This document shows, piece by piece, positions 42,336 through 45,930 of a DNA stretch of 45,930 nucleotides. The notes below the pieces were generated by a model. That model was not told the origin of the DNA, ran no database searches, and worked only from the letters and a program-made list of their open reading frames with translations. The DNA lies in IMG/VR virus record IMGVR_UViG_3300025600_000009; one strand, written 5' to 3'. Source of the stretch: a virus. Every line of letters starts with the position of its first letter. The stretch's first letter is position 1. The translations under genes were made by a program, and so were the position numbers.

Positions 42336-42554
42336 TCAATCCCATATGCCTTCCTTTGGCAAAAGTTCAAGAATATCATAATATTTTGGAATGTCCTTGA
42401 TTTGTTTTCCTTCTTTCAGTGCTGTAAGAACTTCAATCTTATCATCAAGCATTTCATCACTATTATCATCAAAGTATCTTCCAACAAGATCATCATCAAC
42501 TTCAATCAGCAGATCAAAGATCTGTTCTTTTTTATTGATCAATTCTTCATCCAT
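42336..42554 (-). CDS. Small acidic hypothetical protein
   Basis: ATG at 42554, just after the MuF stop, with a GGTGAT ribosome-binding site. 72 aa, Asp/Glu-rich. Confidence 0.5.
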   Translation of the reverse strand: MDEELINKKEQIFDLLIEVDDDLVGRYFDDNSDEMLDDKIEVLTALKEGKQIKDIPKYYDILELLPKEGIWD

Positions 42555-42555
42555 C

Positions 42556-44568
42556 TTAATCACCAACCCTTTCCAACATAGCTTGAATAAACTTATCAAG
42601 TTCTTCAACCAGTTCAGGTTTATCTGCTTTTAACAGTTTAACCAAATCAGGTCTTGTTATACTTAAAGCACCATAGTTTGCAACAGTTTCATGGATCTGT
42701 GATTCTGCTGATCTATAATATTTACTACCATGACCATATTTCACAATACCACTATCACGATATGAACCCTTTGATAATGCATCATAAATGTCTTGAAGGT
42801 TTCCAATTCCACCACCCATTGCATTCCTGGATGCATAGTCAATTTCATCAACCATGTTGGATCTAAGTTTCTTTGAAACCTTCTCATATTCTTTATATGC
42901 TTTAATATCAGAAAAAGCACTTCCATTTTCACCAAGGTGTGAGATACGTGAAGCAGTGATTTGTTCCTGGTACTTCTTGGACAACTCACCATGAACTTCT
43001 TTGTACTTCACATTATAGGTCTTAAATAGATCACTGACTTCATCTGACATTCCAGTTCCACTTTTGTTGAAAGCTTCAACCAATGACTTCTGTTCTGTAC
43101 TGAACCAATTACCTGATTTGGTTACATCCTTTCTGCAATATAAGTCCATCAAGTGCATTTCTTCATGTAATGTTGTATTTACTTGACCACTAAGATCTTC
43201 ACCATCTAACTTTGGAATGGTCAATTTGGATTGAACCAATTCACCCTTGTAATTATATGAATAATTGACTGAATATCCTTTTGCATGTGAAATGCTGAAA
43301 GGAATATTGTTTGATGTTAGGGTTTCCAATTTGCCTATGTTACTATATAATTTCACTGCATTTGGATCTGCACCATCAAGTCTATTAATAAAATCAATAA
43401 GTTTCTGTGTGTTATTAATTTCTGACTTGGTTGTGAATTCAGCAGGGAAGTTGGACAATTCCAATTGAACCCTTTTAACATTTTCTGTCTTATCCTTCAT
43501 TATATCACCAGGATCAACTTCTGCAAGTCCTTCTTTTGATCCACCTTCTGTGAAAGACTTCTTCCAATCCGGGTATTTCATATCACTTGGTACATAGTAG
43601 GTCTTTCCATCAGCACCCCTTGCTGCCCTTTCTGTGAAGTTATCTTCAAAGTAGGGAACAGTAGTAGTTCTACACCAAACATGGAAGGGTGGGGCAGTGA
43701 CCCCTGCTTCATAATCCTTAATGTCAAATACATGACCATCAAGATCCTGACATATTGCTGATGTGTGACTGTCCAGGGTTGCAACAATTTCAAACCTTTC
43801 AACATCAAGATCATTGAATGCATCCTTTTGTGAAGCTGATGCAAAGTAAGCTGATTCAGTCATGACCAACCTTCCTGCATTCTTATTGGATGTATTCATT
43901 TTTCCTGCTATATTTCTAATTGCATCATCAGGGGATCTTCCAAGTATAGTCATTTGGGTCAGTTCACCATGCAGTTCATTGACCAGTTTGGACTTGTTAC
44001 CCCAAAGTCTTTCACTGAAATTCTTTCCATCAACTGCCCAAGGTTTTGAAATTATCTTTTCAAGTTTATTCTGATCAATGGAAGCTATATCCCAACCAAT
44101 ATTGAAACCCTTTTGAACTTCATATACTGTATGATAATAACCATTGGTGTAAAGCTTTTTCATCAGGGTGTCCATTCCATCAAGTTGGTTTCCAAATAGA
44201 ACTTCCATTGAATTCTGTGTTTGCAGCTTCAAAGCTTCAAGTCTTGATATATGAAACCTTGCTGATGCATTTTCAAGTTCTGTCATCCACATTTGGTTCA
44301 GTTCATTTTGTTCACCATATTTGATGTACTCTTTGACATCCCATTTCAGTTCAGCCAGTTCCTTTGTAGAAAGAAGCTTTCTTGCTTCTGCCATTGTTAT
44401 ATTGTTATTGACTGCAAATCTTCCATACCAGGATTGGATCTGACCTTCAATAGTTCTTTGTGCTTTGGAATAATAACCTTCAACTTCACGATATAGGGAA
44501 GAAGCATCCTTGTTTTTAGCTTCTTCAAGCTGTTCAAACCGTTTCTTCCAATAGTTACTATGCTTCAT
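42556..44568 (-). CDS. Head morphogenesis protein (SPP1 gp7/Mu F-like) with an extra ~300-aa C-terminal domain carrying HExxH
   Basis: 670 aa. gp7 core ...TLDSHTSAICQDLDGHVFD...PPFHVWCRTTTVPYF. The C-terminal half contains LHEEMHLMD (43153-43167). Confidence 0.8.
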   Translation of the reverse strand: MKHSNYWKKRFEQLEEAKNKDASSLYREVEGYYSKAQRTIEGQIQSWYGRFAVNNNITMAEARKLLSTKELAELKWDVKEYIKYGEQNELNQMWMTELENASARFHISRLEALKLQTQNSMEVLFGNQLDGMDTLMKKLYTNGYYHTVYEVQKGFNIGWDIASIDQNKLEKIISKPWAVDGKNFSERLWGNKSKLVNELHGELTQMTILGRSPDDAIRNIAGKMNTSNKNAGRLVMTESAYFASASQKDAFNDLDVERFEIVATLDSHTSAICQDLDGHVFDIKDYEAGVTAPPFHVWCRTTTVPYFEDNFTERAARGADGKTYYVPSDMKYPDWKKSFTEGGSKEGLAEVDPGDIMKDKTENVKRVQLELSNFPAEFTTKSEINNTQKLIDFINRLDGADPNAVKLYSNIGKLETLTSNNIPFSISHAKGYSVNYSYNYKGELVQSKLTIPKLDGEDLSGQVNTTLHEEMHLMDLYCRKDVTKSGNWFSTEQKSLVEAFNKSGTGMSDEVSDLFKTYNVKYKEVHGELSKKYQEQITASRISHLGENGSAFSDIKAYKEYEKVSKKLRSNMVDEIDYASRNAMGGGIGNLQDIYDALSKGSYRDSGIVKYGHGSKYYRSAESQIHETVANYGALSITRPDLVKLLKADKPELVEELDKFIQAMLERVGD

Positions 44569-45930
44569 CTACAACACCGCCTTGACCAACAATCTTACCG
44601 GGAACAGCAGGTTGTGGAAAAGCAGCAGCATATTCATCCATTTCCTTTTTCTTTTCTTCTGCCTTCCTTGCAAGTTCTCTTTGTGGATCATCAACCCAAG
44701 GATGATTTTCCACAATGGTTTCATCAGATAGAATTCCAACTGACTTCTGACCATTTTCAATCACTTCTGTTTCATTGATCAGAATGTCACGATTGAATAT
44801 GACTTCAACTTCTTCCTGTTCAAAGTCACCAAGACTTGCATTGAACAAATGAACATTTACAAACCAAAGCAGTTCTTCAAAGGAAGCCTGAAATTCAGTT
44901 TCCATTTCATTTGCATCAAGATCAATGTCAGAATACATGGACTGAATGTTCATCTGATTTGGATTTCCTGACATTCTATCATCCTTTGCATCATATCCTT
45001 TGGCATTCTCAATGATTGCCTTCTTGAAGATTTCAAGGATTGACTTGTAATTCTCTGCATTGACTTCAACCTGCAATGTTTTAAGATCACCACCTGCACC
45101 ATCAACTGTCTTGACCTTAACTGCACCATAGGTTGCCAGGTTCTTTCTAAATTCACCAAGATTTTCACCATCATAGTTCACCAGGACAAGGATTGTGTTC
45201 CTTGCATCTTCTTCCATGTTGTTTTGGAAGTTGGAAAGAATAGTATTCAATCCATCCTGCAAGGTTTTAACTTTCTTGATCAAAGGGATCTCTTTTGAAT
45301 TATATTTCCATGGGATCAGTGGGATCTTTGACCAGTTCCAACCTTGTTCAACAATCTGATCATCTTCTTCATCAATAGTTGTGAAGTAGGTGCTGAAAGG
45401 AACATCATCAGGAACAATGTGACCACCTTCCATGACAAATCTATATATTCCAGTTTCATCATAGACTTCAACCTTCTCAATGACCTTCTCATGCTGTCCT
45501 TCATATGCAATGACTTCATATATCCTGATCACATAATCAAGTGTTGTATGCTCTGTATCTGACCAACCTGGTATGATTTCATAAGCTTTGAACCGCTTGA
45601 AGGTGAATTCACCATGTTCATCATAATACATGAATATCCAACCAATACCAGTGTTCAAAGCATCTTCACCAACATTCTTGATCAGCCTTTGGAACTTCTT
45701 ATTGAAGATCTGTTTTAGCAGCTTGTTGTATGGTTCATTTTCAGACTTGAAAACAATAGGTTGACCAAGTAGGTAGTTCTTTTTCTGATCCACCATCTTT
45801 CCATATTGGTTGTCAACGATCCTGTTATTTGGAAGGTTCTTCACTTCTTCCAGTTCACCATTCTGACCAATGACTGTTCTTTTCCTTCTTAAAATATCAT
45901 GGTGTCCATCATGGTATCTTTCACCATCAA
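44558..45930 (-). CDS. Portal protein (SPP1 gp6-like), main part; the N-terminus continues at 266..128 across the junction
   Basis: NLPNNRIVDNQYGKMVDQKKNYLLGQP is a typical SPP1-family portal motif. The ORF stays open to the window end. Confidence 0.9.
   Translation of the reverse strand, partial: DGERYHDGHHDILRRKRTVIGQNGELEEVKNLPNNRIVDNQYGKMVDQKKNYLLGQPIVFKSENEPYNKLLKQIFNKKFQRLIKNVGEDALNTGIGWIFMYYDEHGEFTFKRFKAYEIIPGWSDTEHTTLDYVIRIYEVIAYEGQHEKVIEKVEVYDETGIYRFVMEGGHIVPDDVPFSTYFTTIDEEDDQIVEQGWNWSKIPLIPWKYNSKEIPLIKKVKTLQDGLNTILSNFQNNMEEDARNTILVLVNYDGENLGEFRKNLATYGAVKVKTVDGAGGDLKTLQVEVNAENYKSILEIFKKAIIENAKGYDAKDDRMSGNPNQMNIQSMYSDIDLDANEMETEFQASFEELLWFVNVHLFNASLGDFEQEEVEVIFNRDILINETEVIENGQKSVGILSDETIVENHPWVDDPQRELARKAEEKKKEMDEYAAAFPQPAVPGKIVGQGGVVDEA
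45804..45930. repeat. Terminal redundancy, second copy of 1-127
   Basis: Exact 127-nt match to the window start. Confidence 0.9.

Larger units (their letters stand above)
1..45930. mobile_element. Complete temperate contractile-tailed phage genome, circular unit about 45,803 bp, with lysogeny, early/replication, late-regulator, packaging, head, tail, DGR and lysis modules
   Basis: Full set of phage modules present. Integrase plus LexA-like repressor. Window ends overlap by 127 identical nt inside the portal ORF. Confidence 0.85.

Noticed and set aside
42255-42581. 108-aa plus-strand ORF in the head-module gap
   Set aside because: It is Ile/Phe/Asn-rich, typical of antisense AT-rich sequence. 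It runs antisense to the 72-aa gene and has no ribosome-binding site. It is more likely non-coding.

Overview
The window is a complete temperate phage genome. The first 127 nt are identical to the last 127 nt, and the overlap lies inside the portal gene, so the real unit is a circle of about 45,803 bp. It is AT-rich and looks Firmicutes-type. The tail and lysis modules follow the PBSX (Xkd) order and the packaging and head genes are SPP1-like.

Almost everything is on the minus strand, read from high to low coordinates:
- cro-like gene (20067), then a long early/replication operon (19860 to 3913)
- sigma-region-4-like late regulator (3559), terS, terL, a small HExxH protein, and the portal, which wraps across the window ends
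- MuF/gp7-like protein, scaffold, major capsid, connectors, sheath, tube and a chaperone with a -1 frameshift
- tape measure, baseplate, tail fibre, DGR cassette and lysis genes (ending at 23018)

Only the lysogeny module is on the plus strand: a LexA-like cI repressor, a membrane gene that looks like a moron (a lysogeny-expressed accessory gene), and a tyrosine integrase.

Main findings:
1. A diversity-generating retroelement (DGR): reverse transcriptase 25427-26494, template repeat 26641-26760, variable repeat 26863-26982 at the 3' end of the tail-fibre gene. By hand alignment, 27 of 28 TR/VR mismatches fall on coding-strand adenines of the TR. I found no Avd-like accessory ORF.
2. Two diverged inverted copies (about 300 bp each, sharing a 55-bp perfectly identical core) of a region packed with GGTTCAAGG/CCTTGAACC boxes. 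They bracket the whole early and immunity region and each sits directly upstream of an outward-facing gene.

Smaller items:
- a 24-bp perfect direct repeat flanking terL, with related copies at the integrase stop and in the attP region
- a pentapeptide-repeat protein encoded by 13 x 15-bp tandem repeats
- a MuF protein with an extra C-terminal HExxH domain
- a Cas4-like nuclease fused to a Sak4-like ATPase
- an HD hydrolase / dNTP pyrophosphohydrolase-like / PAPS-reductase-like cluster
- overlapping opposed promoters in the cI/cro switch

All function calls come from motif recognition by eye and gene order. No database search was possible.
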